Source: Lama glama
Taxonomy: Eukaryota
Reading direction: 5' to 3'
Assembly: GCA_028534125.1 (NCBI GenBank)
Contig: CM052816.1
Span: 48,548,001-48,612,000, forward strand
DNA: 64,000 bases
The position numbers and the translations under genes were made by a program. The notes below the pieces were generated by a model that saw only the letters and a list, made by a program, of their open reading frames with translations, was not told where the DNA came from and searched no databases. This document shows, one piece after another, positions 61,996 to 64,000 of this stretch (within the stretch, counting starts at the first letter, position 1; every line of letters starts with the position of its first letter).

Positions 61996-64000
61996 TGCAG
62001 AAAGAAAAGTAGAGTAGATCAGAGAGTGGTCGTGGTGTCCGATTGACACAATTATCTAAAAGTTATTTTTAAATGGCTATAAAACTGATAGATAACAGTA
62101 TAGAATGCATAATATAATACCACACAAGATGTACAGAGCAAATTCTCACTTCACAAAAATACCAGAGTAACTATTAATGTTGTTTTTTTTTCATTTTTTT
62201 GAGATTTGATTTTAATAGAGGACTTAGGAATTGCTATCCTAATGAAAATGGAAAAAATAAAATAGATTTATAAATAAATTAAGAATATGAGGAAGTAGAC
62301 ACTCTCGAAAGTTACTAGTATAAATTAACAAAATCATTTAATGAAATAATTTACTGCATTCTATGATAATTTGTAATGTACACATTTCAGGACCCAACTA
62401 TTCCACTTGTTTGTAGCTGTCTAGAAGCAAATGCATTCAAGGAGAAATGATGCTACTCTTTACCCCCGAGCCTTTTGAAGGTCGATATAAAAAGAACCAC
62501 TAGGAAAACTTTAGAAATGTTTTCCTGCAATTTGGAAGATGGTGCCTTACACTATAGAAAGCTAGAGGGTTTTTCCTACTGCACTTCTGACACCAGCATT
62601 TGTAAGTATAAGGGGATTCCAAGTTCTTTCTCTAGAGCACTTTTGGGACATGTGAGAGAGAGCACAGATATGGGATCACCTTGCATCTTGTCTAAGAGGG
62701 CTGCCTGAGAGGAGACCTCAACAGAAGAGTTGGAGGTAAACAACAAAATGCCCTGGAGTGAGGGAGGACTAAAATAGATGACTTCAAGAGAAGATGCCTC
62801 ACATTAGTCATGAGTAATGAAAAAGAGGCGTCCAGCTGGGAGCCTTTAAAGTGCCCAGGAAAATGTCCCTGGAGGGCAAGAGTCACATTTAATTATCTGT
62901 CAGTCTCAGAGAGTTCGAACTGCAAAACCAAGTAAGCGCTGTCACTGTTGAGAATCCCCTTTCGTCCCCCACTTCCCCTACTTGACAAATGGCTCTGGCC
63001 GGATTTGCAGCTGGCCAGTGGGGTAAGAAATGAGCCTGGAGGTCTTAAATTTATATTAAGAAAATAGAAGCATTCTGCTTTCTTCCCCCTGAAGCTTCGG
63101 CCTGGGCCAATCCCAAATGGTTCAGACAAGATTTAAAGCTAAACAATTGCAAAACTATCGTATATACCTGGATATGTTATTTTCTAAATTGAGAATTTTT
63201 CATGTCAAAATGAAAGAAGCATATTTTATTACTAGAAAATGACCTGCTCCTGCTTGGTCTTGGCTAAATCTTCATCAAGCTTCAGGGGATATTCACTCCC
63301 ATAGAATGAAGTTTAAGAAAACAAGAGAGAAAAAAAGTAAAGCTATGTTTTGACTACAATTCACGCCTAAGATTTGTTTAACACATTATTTACATATATT
63401 AACAAGTGAAAACAGCAAGTTACACAATGATACAAAGAAAAGGACCTTATTTATATTTTTAAATGCATTGATATAGAATATCAATAGATACATCATATAA
63501 TGCATATAATATATGAACGCAGAGTAGAGGACCCTAGTGAGTCTTTACTAAACAGTCAGGAGAGGCTACTTCTGGGCTGGAGGGAAAGAGACTTGGAACA
63601 GTGGATAAAGGGGGTTGTATTTGTGTACTGTATTTTTTATTTTTGGCAAGGGCAATGTATTGGTATATTTCTATGTATTTAAAATTCATTTAAAAAGTGC
63701 TCAAATGCCCATGAGGAAACTTCTAAACTTCTAATATTTTTAATTTTAATTACTATAATAATGATAGGTGTAGGAGGCCTTTAAGAGTGGCTTTAAAGAC
63801 ATTACTCCTTGCTTTTCTGAATTGTCTGATGTTCTGTGCTCAACTACTGACTGTCCATTCTGCACATATTCTCAGAATTTGTTATCTTGACATTTATCCT
63901 CTGCTTTTAAAATACTTCTTATTGTTTAAGTAACAATTAGCTAACATTGTAGACACATGTTCACTTGATACTTGTGGAAAAGGCTAGCTCTTCTCTATTT

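Overview
AT-rich mammalian genomic DNA with no recognisable protein-coding exon, rRNA, functional tRNA or CRISPR array. It reads as a gene desert or very large intron. A tRNA-derived SINE resembling the camelid Vic-1 family, plus the style of the young L1 3' UTRs, suggests a camelid host (inference from recalled consensus sequences). The window is mostly transposon debris: LINE-1 of several ages, L2, MIR, MaLR (MLT1) LTRs including one two-LTR element, ERV1/ERVL solo LTRs, and Tigger1/MER58 DNA transposons. The only ORFs in the track I can recognise are L1 ORF2 remnants; the rest look like chance ORFs. Most notable observations: a TSD-flanked U6 snRNA/L1 chimeric retrocopy (~29850-30087); an unidentified ~1 kb insert splitting an old L1 (~19288-20323); a hybrid young-L1/ancient-L1 3' end (~57145-57370); two L1 3' ends joined head-to-head as a long inverted repeat (~43203-44110); three ERV1-type LTRs in 1.4 kb, one nested (54024-55462); and a 52-bp near-perfect palindrome (2255-2306). 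I see no convincing evidence of a wholly new biological system. Repeat family names come from memory, not a database search, and many boundaries are approximate.
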